Positions 21,255 through 31,239 of a DNA stretch of 64,000 nt are shown here, one piece after another (position 1 is the stretch's first letter; every line of letters starts with the position of its first letter). Source of the stretch: Clostridia bacterium (GTDB lineage: Bacteria; Bacillota; Clostridia; Christensenellales; RUG350); NCBI GenBank assembly GCA_017631635.1, contig JAGBSX010000004.1, positions 1,692 to 65,691 of the forward strand, written 5' to 3'. The notes beneath the pieces were generated by a model. It was not told where the DNA came from, made no database searches, and worked only from the letters and a program-made list of their open reading frames with translations. The position numbers were made by a program, and so were the translations under genes.

Positions 21255-21749
21255 TTAACCTCTTACCTTATCTAGTATGGTAGCATCTTTTTTGAGGACT
21301 ACATCTCTGTCTGCCTGTCTCTTGGCATCTAGTAGTCCTCTCAATCTATCGTCGCATACTGCTAGTATCTCTATGGCTAGTAGCGCTGCATTTGCGCCAC
21401 CGTCGATAGCCACCGTCGCTACTGGTATACCACTAGGCATCTGTACGGTAGATAGCAATGCATCTAGTCCGTCTAGATTGGTACTCTTGCAAGGGATACC
21501 TATCACAGGTAGGGTGGTATATGACGCTATCACTCCACCTAGGTGCGCTGCCATACCTGCACATGCGATAATCACGCCAAAGTCCTTGTCTCTAGCAGAC
21601 TTGGCGAACTCCGACGCCTCTAGTGGCGTGCGATGTGCCGAATATACGTGTACCTCGTATGGTACGCTAAATTGCTCTAGCACCTTGACTGCTTTGGCTA
21701 TGACGGGTGCGTCGCTATCGCTACCCATGATGATGGCTACTTTCTTCAT
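21255..21749 (-). CDS. purE: AIR carboxylase / N5-CAIR mutase
   Basis: MGSDSD, SAHRTP, AGMAAHL and QMPSGIPVATV motifs. Confidence 0.96.
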   Translation of the reverse strand: MKKVAIIMGSDSDAPVIAKAVKVLEQFSVPYEVHVYSAHRTPLEASEFAKSARDKDFGVIIACAGMAAHLGGVIASYTTLPVIGIPCKSTNLDGLDALLSTVQMPSGIPVATVAIDGGANAALLAIEILAVCDDRLRGLLDAKRQADRDVVLKKDATILDKVRG

Positions 21750-21769
21750 ACAATACCTCCATTTTGATT

Positions 21770-21892
21770 AAAAAAGGCACACCTATTTCGTAAAAAATAT
21801 GTGTGCCCAGACGGTCGGCTAGGGAGTATTTCCTCCTTCTCCTATATATCTACTCCACTGTGGTTCTCCACAATAATCCGTCAGTAGTAGAC
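21770..21892 (-). ncRNA. ZMP/ZTP (pfl-motif) riboswitch with terminator expression platform
   Basis: Minus strand UCUACU-ACUGACGGA...UGUGG-AGAA-CCACA...AGUAGA (P1/P2). 3' GCCGACCGUCUGGGC, with GACGG/CCGUC pseudoknot pairing. Terminator GGCACAC/GUGUGCC-UUUUUU overlaps the aptamer end. Confidence 0.9.
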
Positions 21893-21914
21893 ATACTTTA
21901 AAAATTATATTTTT

Positions 21915-21943
21915 ATCCTACCATATAAAACTCTCGTTGTCAA
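21915..21943 (-). promoter_or_regulatory. sigma-A promoter of the pur operon
   Basis: TTGACA-17-TAGGAT with TG extension, just upstream of the riboswitch. Confidence 0.7.
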
Positions 21944-22026
21944 GTGAGAGTGAGGGGTTTTGGGGTAAAAAAATTCAATTATATACTGTGTATATACCTC
22001 TACGATACCAAATCTCTCTATCTCAC

Positions 22027-22055
22027 AAAAAAAAGACGCTATTTTTCATAGCGTC
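22027..22055 (-). terminator. groESL terminator
   Basis: Stem GACGCTAT/ATAGCGTC plus T8 on the minus strand. Confidence 0.8.
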
Positions 22056-22095
22056 CTTATAATATTTTGTTGTATTATGCACTAAGCACTATATC

Positions 22096-24022
<1,927 letters not shown>

Positions 24023-24304
24023 ATCTAACCTCCTAATATATAAACCTCGTGTAATTTTTCAAAAGGTCGGCAAGCGTACATCTTGCCAAACTAACTTATC
24101 ATAGTATATCATTATTTGCTAAAATAATAAAGTAAAAATACTAATGTTTTTTAATAATTTTGACTTAATTTGAAGGTGCATAGACAAATATCTAGCCTAT
24201 ATATCAAGTTTTTTTATAAAATTTTGTACATATACCTCAAAATCTCTACCCATATCCCCTATTTTGTGTTATACTAGTATCATCAACAAATGGAGTGTAT
24301 CACT

Positions 24305-24754
24305 ATGGACAAATGGGATAAGAGATTTATACAAATGGCAGAACAAGTCGCCACTTGGTCTAGTTGCTATCAAGAAAATAGACAAATAGGCGCAGTAATC
24401 GTCAAAAATAAGCGCATATTGACTACCGGTTATAACGGTGCAGGTTGCGGAATCGTCTCCTGCAAAGAAAGAGGAGAGTGCCTACGTCGCAAACTAGAGA
24501 TACCATCTGGTACTCGCCAAGAATTGTGCTATGCTATCCACGCCGAACAAAACGCCATCGTCCAAGCAGCACGTATGGGTATATCTATCGAAGGCGCTAC
24601 CCTATACTGTACTCATCAACCTTGCTCTATATGTGCAAAACTAATCATCAATAGTGGTATTTCTCGTGTAGTGTATCGCCACGGATATCCAGACGAATTT
24701 GCTACGCAAATGCTAGACGAAGCAGGAGTAGTGGTCGAGAGATACCAAGACTAA
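24305..24754 (+). CDS. dCMP deaminase / ComEB-family cytidine deaminase
   Basis: TTGYNG, HAEQNAI and PCSIC zinc motifs. Start moved to MDKWDK (RBS GGAG). Confidence 0.88.
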   Translation: MDKWDKRFIQMAEQVATWSSCYQENRQIGAVIVKNKRILTTGYNGAGCGIVSCKERGECLRRKLEIPSGTRQELCYAIHAEQNAIVQAARMGISIEGATLYCTHQPCSICAKLIINSGISRVVYRHGYPDEFATQMLDEAGVVVERYQD

Positions 24755-24770
24755 TCTAGGCATACTATCA

Positions 24771-24804
24771 AATAGCCCTCATAAGATATAGGGGGCTATT
24801 TTTT
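24771..24804 (+). terminator. terminator-like hairpin overlapping the RBS of the next gene
   Basis: Stem AATAGCCC/GGGCTATT plus T run. Confidence 0.6.
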
Positions 24805-24805
24805 A

Positions 24806-25501
24806 ATGTCAAATATAGATTATCAACCATATTATTACAAAAAACCTACTCCCAAATCCCCTCGCAAATCTAGAGGACAAATACTACTAGTGATGATAGT
24901 GATGATTGTATTTTGTCTAACGGTATTGTACGTCTACAAGCCTATAGACTCCCTCTATGAGTATCGTGAGTATTACGCTGTATATAGCGACGTGGTAGAA
25001 GATATATCTACAGCAAATTCGCTATCCTCTATGGTCAAGGCTAGGGGTGGAGCAGGATATGTATATAAATGTAGCGAGGGATATGCTATATTCACCTCGA
25101 TATACACCTCTCTAGACAATGCCCAACAAGTGGCAAATTCTCTATCTACTACCGACGCAAATGCTGGTGTTTACACTCTGCGCACTCGCCAAAATATATC
25201 TAGAGACGTACTAAATATACTCTCCTCTTCGCACGAGGCTTATCTCACCCTGTACGAAATGAGCAATCAGGCAGACTCTCACTCCTTACTAGAAGAACAG
25301 GCTCTCTCGCAGGTACTATCTATCATCAATAATTTTGAGAAAAGATACGGCGAATTGGGGGCGTTGTCTAGTGATGACCAAACTTATGTAATAGCCGTCA
25401 CAGACAACCAACTCGCCTATCTCAACGATTTGGCGAAAGATAGCGCCAAATCTAGCAAAATCAGGTATTGTTATAGTGCTATGATTTGTTCGCAACTCTA
25501 A
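24806..25501 (+). CDS. membrane-anchored hypothetical protein, possible SPOR-like domain
   Basis: 231 aa ORF with a hydrophobic helix near residues 27-44 and a YAVY...ARGGAGYV segment. The SPOR call is tentative. Confidence 0.6.
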   Translation: MSNIDYQPYYYKKPTPKSPRKSRGQILLVMIVMIVFCLTVLYVYKPIDSLYEYREYYAVYSDVVEDISTANSLSSMVKARGGAGYVYKCSEGYAIFTSIYTSLDNAQQVANSLSTTDANAGVYTLRTRQNISRDVLNILSSSHEAYLTLYEMSNQADSHSLLEEQALSQVLSIINNFEKRYGELGALSSDDQTYVIAVTDNQLAYLNDLAKDSAKSSKIRYCYSAMICSQL

Positions 25502-25749
25502 ATCTCGCCCACATCTTTTGCATCAGAGTTCTCGTCTACCTCTTTTGTAGCCGAATTCTCGTCAACATTTGCAGGCGTCTGACTACCGTCTGGGGCTGTC
25601 AGCACTCCTAGTAGCACTAGCACTCCTGATAGCGCCGTCACTACTTCATTGACGTAATCTGCATCTATCCTGATGCCCAACGTAGTGAGCAATATCACTA
25701 CTGCTCCACATAGCGACATCCAAAATGATACCGTCCTAAATTTATTCAT
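25498..25749 (-). CDS. holin-like small membrane protein
   Basis: 83 aa. N-terminal KFRTVSFW, two hydrophobic helices, GVLT motif and a charged tail. Confidence 0.6.
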   Translation of the reverse strand: MNKFRTVSFWMSLCGAVVILLTTLGIRIDADYVNEVVTALSGVLVLLGVLTAPDGSQTPANVDENSATKEVDENSDAKDVGEI

Positions 25750-25979
25750 ACTCCCTCCTTTTTGTCCGCGTTGAGATGAGAATCTAGCGAACCTTTTATC
25801 TCCTTGATATCTTCTTTAATCTCTTCGACGGCTTGTAGTGAGGAGGCAAGTCGAGATATCACTTCTTGGTATTTATTTTCTCTCTTGCGACTGTCTGTCA
25901 GTAGGTACACTAGCAGACTGACGAACAACAACGCCCATAGTCCGTTCGTCGCAGCCTCTTGTATCAAACTTTCCCACAT
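25746..25979 (-). CDS. BhlA/UviB-family holin-like protein
   Basis: NGLWALLFVSLLVYLL...RKRENKYQEVI pattern: one TM helix plus a coiled coil. Confidence 0.75.
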   Translation of the reverse strand: MWESLIQEAATNGLWALLFVSLLVYLLTDSRKRENKYQEVISRLASSLQAVEEIKEDIKEIKGSLDSHLNADKKEGV

Positions 25980-26005
25980 ATTAGCCTCCTATTGCTTGGT
26001 TTAGT

Positions 26006-26923
26006 TTACTTTTTCATCATCAGATAGTATCTGAGTCTATCGTAGTACAGTCCTAGGTATTGCTTGAGCGACTCGTCTCTCTCCAATTCCTCTAGGGCAG
26101 TAGCCTTGGGCAAATCGTCGTAATATGATAGCGCTACGGTGTATCTTCGCTCATAATTGTCCTTCTTGTAGCCACTATATCCGTGCTCTGCCTCATACGC
26201 CTCTTGCTCGGCTTTGAGTTGCTTTTGCTGTTCTTGAAATTTGGCTCTCTCTGCTTGGTAGGCACTCTCCTTCTTGTCTATCTCGTTGTTGTACTTGATT
26301 ATCTTGTCGTTGGTGTCTTTGAGTTGGGCTTTGAGTTTGTCTATGTGATTTTGCACCTCTTGGGCATAACGTATCTCATAGTTATCTAATGCCTTGTCCA
26401 ACTCCTCTTGGTAAGTGTCTATCTCTGCGTCGAGAGTCTCTTGCTTGATAGTCAATTTGTCTATCTCTGCCTGCACGTCCATATCCTTGAGTGTATCTAT
26501 CTCCTCAGATACGCTATCTGGTATGGAGGAGTTCGCCACTCCCTTGTCTACGGCGTTGAGTCTCGCTTCTTTCTTGTCCTCATCAGCATCTTCTTCGATA
26601 GCAGATATATGAGCGTCGCTATTTTTCTCATTGGCGATTTTCTCATCCTCTATCTTGGATATCTCCCTCTCTACGCTTGCCTTTTTGTCGGCTATCTTCT
26701 CATCTACCTCAGGTCTCAATTCTTCTTTGGCCTGAGATTCTATCTCTTCATCTGTCTTGGAGACTACCTCTAGTTTCGTTAGTCCTAGCGTCTCAGGCAT
26801 AGTGGGTACGGGATTTTCTCTGTCGTACTCATCTTGCAAAGATTGTAGTTGGTCGTACATATCTCGCTTGCTAGCCTTTTTGCTCTCGTTAAGGGTAGTC
26901 ACCTTTTGAATATCAATCTTCAT
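26006..26923 (-). CDS. acidic coiled-coil protein, possible virion or ejection protein
   Basis: 305 aa, rich in E/D/K/Q, heptad-like. RBS GGAGG. Lies within the phage-like operon. Confidence 0.6.
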   Translation of the reverse strand: MKIDIQKVTTLNESKKASKRDMYDQLQSLQDEYDRENPVPTMPETLGLTKLEVVSKTDEEIESQAKEELRPEVDEKIADKKASVEREISKIEDEKIANEKNSDAHISAIEEDADEDKKEARLNAVDKGVANSSIPDSVSEEIDTLKDMDVQAEIDKLTIKQETLDAEIDTYQEELDKALDNYEIRYAQEVQNHIDKLKAQLKDTNDKIIKYNNEIDKKESAYQAERAKFQEQQKQLKAEQEAYEAEHGYSGYKKDNYERRYTVALSYYDDLPKATALEELERDESLKQYLGLYYDRLRYYLMMKK

Positions 26924-26977
26924 ATCTGTATACCTCCGGTATTTGATTTAGATGCTTGATGCGTCTCTTGTACAAGT

Positions 26978-27088
26978 TTAGAGTGATTTCGTCCATATAC
27001 TCTTCATCTCCTCTACCTTTTTCTCTAGGTAATGTATACGCATCTGCATATCCTCTATATCTAGTCTTAATCTATTTAATTTATCCAT
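26978..27088 (-). CDS. 36-aa coiled-coil micro-ORF, overlapped by a second open frame (26913-27071)
   Basis: Manual translation MDKLNRLRLDIEDMQMRIHYLEKKVEEMKSIWTKSL. GAGG RBS overlaps the upstream stop. Confidence 0.4.
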   Translation of the reverse strand: MDKLNRLRLDIEDMQMRIHYLEKKVEEMKSIWTKSL

Positions 27089-27095
27089 AATTACC

Positions 27096-28577
27096 TCACG
27101 TGTAGTCTATCACTATGACGGGAGAGGTGATGCTCATCTCACTCTCATAGCACCTAAACTCTATACTCATCTTGTCAAAACGCCTATTGACAGGCACTTT
27201 GCGTGTGTATCCACCCTTGAGGTCGTAGCGATACCTATCGCCGTCTAGTGTGACGAACATCTTGGTATCACCCTTGGGAGTGAGAGTGATAGAACGCAAC
27301 AGTTTGCATTTGTCTGGATAACCGACGTCCGTCAATCCACTCACCCACTTCTTCTCTAGCCTAGTACCATACAGAGCGCCACTATCGTCTAGTTGGCAAT
27401 AATTCATATTCTCTATGCCGATAGGAGACCTATTGAACATATACAATTTCGCTCCGTTTCTCCCCTTGAAGCATAGCAAGTTGTCTACTTTTATACCTTT
27501 GACAATCTCCACTTCTTTGGTACGCATATCGTATAGAATAATGCTATTTACGTTAGGATTGTATCTGTCGTGTGGCTCTCCCTCCGAGAGTGGCTCGCCA
27601 TAGTCTAATAATGCCGTCACTACGTACTTGGAGTCGTAGTAGCAACCTTGTCCAAAACTAGCCTTTTTGGCTCGTAGCGAATCATAACTGTCCATCACTT
27701 TGTACGCATCTACTCCGTCAAATACGAATACTCCCTCCTCACTACAAAACATTATCTTGTCTGCACATACGGTGATAGTGTCGGGGTATATCATGCCAGA
27801 GGATACCAATATCCTGCGCATAGAAAATTCGGATTGGTTGCTGTATGCCGTGATTCTGTACACACCGTATTCGCAAAATACGTACACGTAGTCCAAAAAA
27901 CTCACCACTTTGTACGGTCTGCCACACGTGTGGTCTATATCTATATATCCACCTGCATCATAGGAGACTTCCCAGTTGTCAGGTTGCATAGGAGCGCTAA
28001 ACCATACTCTAGGACTCGTAGCACCCGATACTCCAAATATTCTCTCATAATGCTTGCATATAGAGACGACTCTGGGCGAATTCTCTACCAAAGTGAGATG
28101 AGTATCGTCTAGTATGTAAATACCCAAACTAGACGCTATGATTAGCACGTCTTTGTCGTCGTAATGGTAGTTGATAGCATCTCCAAAGGTGAGTACCGTA
28201 CTAGTATGCAGAGATGTTCCCTCTTGCACACTCCTATTGATATATACCTCTATGATACTCTCGTCGTCAGTCATGACTATCCTGTCGTCCCACTCTCCAG
28301 TCTTGTTGTCGTATCTGTGGTACTGCCATGTCTTGGTTGGGACTAAGCCATAACATCTGAGTTGATAAGTCTCGCCACTATTAGTCTGATAAGTAGCCTT
28401 GTCTATGCCGTAGGAGGAGACTATCGCTCCGTTTTTGACAGCGCAGTTGTACATGAGTTTGGCTGTGTCTAGCGACAATATATTCTCCTCCACGTCTGCT
28501 CTAGGTTGTCTAAACCTATCTAGCCTCATCCTCCTACGAGTAGGGCGTGGAGTACGTGTAGAACTATTGACTATCAT
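27096..28577 (-). CDS. putative tail nozzle / head-stabilisation protein (P22 gp10 / T7 gp12-like)
   Basis: 493 aa, beta-rich, with HYERIFG, RVWFS and VFCEYGVYRI segments. Follows the adaptor-like gene. Confidence 0.55.
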   Translation of the reverse strand: MIVNSSTRTPRPTRRRMRLDRFRQPRADVEENILSLDTAKLMYNCAVKNGAIVSSYGIDKATYQTNSGETYQLRCYGLVPTKTWQYHRYDNKTGEWDDRIVMTDDESIIEVYINRSVQEGTSLHTSTVLTFGDAINYHYDDKDVLIIASSLGIYILDDTHLTLVENSPRVVSICKHYERIFGVSGATSPRVWFSAPMQPDNWEVSYDAGGYIDIDHTCGRPYKVVSFLDYVYVFCEYGVYRITAYSNQSEFSMRRILVSSGMIYPDTITVCADKIMFCSEEGVFVFDGVDAYKVMDSYDSLRAKKASFGQGCYYDSKYVVTALLDYGEPLSEGEPHDRYNPNVNSIILYDMRTKEVEIVKGIKVDNLLCFKGRNGAKLYMFNRSPIGIENMNYCQLDDSGALYGTRLEKKWVSGLTDVGYPDKCKLLRSITLTPKGDTKMFVTLDGDRYRYDLKGGYTRKVPVNRRFDKMSIEFRCYESEMSITSPVIVIDYT

Positions 28578-29107
28578 GAGAACCTCCTAGCCTTGATAGT
28601 GGCTGATTCGTTCCTAGTAGCGCTGATAATACCGTCTGTAAACTTCTTGTCAAATTTCAAACTCTCCTCATAGCGCTGTCTAATCATAGCAAATTCGGAC
28701 GCTATACCATAGCCTAGTACTCTCTCAGTCAATCTAACTGGTAGGATGACCTCGTCCTCCAACTCGTATGCCTCTGGTATATACCTATAGTTGACTATCG
28801 CATTAGACAGTCTATTTACCTTGATATAATCGTGCATCACTCTATACTCCACGGGATTACCGTCTAGGGTGTATACGCATTTGATAGCATAGCATTTGCG
28901 TGGCAAACTTGATAGAGGTATCTTGTCGTCTACGACTGCCACCTTTTGCTCTGCTAGGTATGGTATAAACTGCTCGGCTATCTGCGAAAATATCGAATTG
29001 GCACTATGCACCAGTAGTCTAGTATCCGTGTGTGTATCGTCGTCTAGTATACTGTCGTCTATCTCTAGTAGTATGCAAGTGTCTTTTAGTATTTCTCTCA
29101 ACGTCAT
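28574..29107 (-). CDS. putative head-tail adaptor (tail tubular A-like)
   Basis: 177 aa, with YRYIP...LGYGIASEF segment. Position after capsid genes matches podovirus synteny. Confidence 0.5.
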   Translation of the reverse strand: MTLREILKDTCILLEIDDSILDDDTHTDTRLLVHSANSIFSQIAEQFIPYLAEQKVAVVDDKIPLSSLPRKCYAIKCVYTLDGNPVEYRVMHDYIKVNRLSNAIVNYRYIPEAYELEDEVILPVRLTERVLGYGIASEFAMIRQRYEESLKFDKKFTDGIISATRNESATIKARRFS

Positions 29108-29109
29108 AT

Positions 29110-29481
29110 CTATATCTCCTTGTATTGAGGCATCACTCTGGTACGGGTAGTATCGATATATTTGCCCAGTTGATTAGCCTTGTATCTCATCTCGTCAATT
29201 TGTTGACTCTCCATATCTCGAGTGATTTTTTCGTTTTGACAATCCATCTCTTGGATAAATTTCTCCACGTTGTCCACTCTAGTACGTAGCACTCTATCTA
29301 TCGCCCTACAATCTAGCGAATCATAAGGCAACACCACGCAAAGCGTAGGTTTTTGCCTTGCGTGGTGTATCTCATAACGGTGCTTGGTCAAATTGTACAC
29401 GGGATAATATCCATCGTCTATCTCTCTGAGCCTATCGGCCACGTCGTACACGTCGCCCCTAATATGCACCAGTCTATCCAT
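29110..29481 (-). CDS. hypothetical phage-like protein
   Basis: 123 aa ORF with RBS, in operon after the capsid gene. Confidence 0.65.
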   Translation of the reverse strand: MDRLVHIRGDVYDVADRLREIDDGYYPVYNLTKHRYEIHHARQKPTLCVVLPYDSLDCRAIDRVLRTRVDNVEKFIQEMDCQNEKITRDMESQQIDEMRYKANQLGKYIDTTRTRVMPQYKEI

Positions 29482-29483
29482 AA

Positions 29484-30656
29484 TTATTTGGTCAATCCTG
29501 TGATGACACCCATAGCGCCTGGTCTATCGCAGATAAGTTCGGCGTACTTGACCAAGGTAGCAGTAAAGACAGGTAGACCTGGCTTTTGTTGAAGTATCTT
29601 GCCATTTTCACTCTCTAGCCATCTCCAATCGCATAGTTGATGCATCTTGAAGTCCTCACTATTGATGAAGTACATAGAACCTCTATCTATGAATTTGCTT
29701 GCGACCAATGGTACTCCGTTGAAAGCCACGGACTTAAATCCACCGTCTAGTTCCATATAGTCGATATTTCGTCTATTGGTATCTAGCAACTTGATATACG
29801 TTCTACGCAATGCATAGGTAGTAGCGATATAGTCGACGGTCGAATTAAATCTCTCCTCTATACGGTCCTCGATATCTTGCAACAAAGATAGTGACATAGA
29901 AGAAGATTGACTGCACTCCGATACGTAAGGCTTGAGCCAATCGTTGCTATATCTCTCTATACCGTAGATATTTTCGTTAAACGCTACACCTTTGAGACCA
30001 GTGATCTCATTGTCCTTAGAGCCTTGCACGTATATAGATACGTTTTCGCCTGGTACTGCCTTGAGAGGATTGTCCAATACTACGTAATTCTCTGCCTCTA
30101 GCACCTCTTTGATACGCGCTGAGCCGATACTCTCTCCATTTTCCTCATACACCTCTATCACTAGACCTGGGTGCAAATACTTGCTGTCTTGGATAGGTAG
30201 ATAGTATGGTGAATTGAAATTTTGGTAATCTACATTACCTGTGGTAAGTAGACCGCTACCATTACCGTATAGCATACGTGATAGGTTGTATTTGCTAGCC
30301 TTGATGAGACCTTCCATCTCGTTGGTCAATAGGTTGATAAACGCACCTGCAGTATTCTCACTAGCACGTATAGCCTTGTCACTAATCTCAATAGTGCCGA
30401 ATATATTCTTGAGAGTAGTCTTGAACTGTGTGTATGCGTTGCTACTAGCCATAGGTAGAGCACCTGCCTCGCTACCACATCCTATACCACCGTTGATACC
30501 ATAAGGTACTAGTTTGACTAGTTCTTTGCCCCATACGTCTTGGGAAGTCTGCTCGATCTTGGTGAGAAGTGGATCTGTCTTTAAGTTAAGTTGTTCTGCG
30601 ACGACACCTAGATACAATGTCTTGAGTGCGTCTTCTGCTGTAGTTAATGTAATCAA
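29484..30656 (-). CDS. phage major capsid protein (HK97-fold type)
   Basis: 390 aa, TTG start with AAGGAG. GTIEISDKAI, LSRMLYGNGSG, FNGVPLVASKF and YAELIC..P segments typical of capsid proteins. Sits after portal and scaffold. Confidence 0.8.
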   Translation of the reverse strand: MITLTTAEDALKTLYLGVVAEQLNLKTDPLLTKIEQTSQDVWGKELVKLVPYGINGGIGCGSEAGALPMASSNAYTQFKTTLKNIFGTIEISDKAIRASENTAGAFINLLTNEMEGLIKASKYNLSRMLYGNGSGLLTTGNVDYQNFNSPYYLPIQDSKYLHPGLVIEVYEENGESIGSARIKEVLEAENYVVLDNPLKAVPGENVSIYVQGSKDNEITGLKGVAFNENIYGIERYSNDWLKPYVSECSQSSSMSLSLLQDIEDRIEERFNSTVDYIATTYALRRTYIKLLDTNRRNIDYMELDGGFKSVAFNGVPLVASKFIDRGSMYFINSEDFKMHQLCDWRWLESENGKILQQKPGLPVFTATLVKYAELICDRPGAMGVITGLTK

Positions 30657-30684
30657 TTTTTTGTTCTCCTTTTTTTTAGTTGGC

Positions 30685-31239
30685 TTATTTTAGCATCTTG
30701 TATGCCATAGCCGAAGCCTCACGAATAGTGCGAGGTTTTTTGGCAGGGGTCACGAATACTTCTCCGCCTCTAGCCATAATAGTAGGCGAATTCATATCAG
30801 CCAACGACTCTATATAATCGGCTATAATCTTTTGTCTAATTCTCTCGTTTGTGTAAACGTATCCGTCCAAAAAGTCGTCGTCTTGTACCATATCCTCAGG
30901 AGTCTTGTATTCTTGGGCAAGTATCTTGAGTAATGCCAAAGATAGACCTTCTTCGTTAGTGGCTAACGAAGGTTCGTCCAACAAGATTTTTCCTATCTTT
31001 CCTGCGTATCGGCGTGCGAGAGGATATATGGATATGAATTCGGCTATCTTATCCTGCCAATCCTCTCTCTGATATAGTGGCAAGGTCGTAGCATTATCCT
31101 CTACGACCTTGTTGTCACTCACGTTTTGTTCGTACTCTTTGAGTTGCTGACATTTTTTGGTAAACTCAGCCTCTAGTTTGAGGTACGCCTCGTATAATGC
31201 TTGTTCATCTTTAAATTTTCCGTATTTATTGTTGCTCAT
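30685..31239 (-). CDS. putative capsid scaffolding protein
   Basis: GKFKDEQALYEAYLKLEAEF resembles podovirus scaffold N-termini. Lies between portal and capsid. Confidence 0.6.
   Translation of the reverse strand: MSNNKYGKFKDEQALYEAYLKLEAEFTKKCQQLKEYEQNVSDNKVVEDNATTLPLYQREDWQDKIAEFISIYPLARRYAGKIGKILLDEPSLATNEEGLSLALLKILAQEYKTPEDMVQDDDFLDGYVYTNERIRQKIIADYIESLADMNSPTIMARGGEVFVTPAKKPRTIREASAMAYKMLK

Noticed and set aside
21770-21900. Guanine (purine) riboswitch upstream of purE
   Set aside because: The purine-aptamer core (UAUAAU...GGAUAUGG, GUUUCUAC) is missing. The sequence matches the ZMP/ZTP motif instead.
26183-26773. Hydrophobic plus-strand ORFs that look like membrane proteins
   Set aside because: Antisense artefact of the Glu/Lys/Asp-rich coiled-coil gene.
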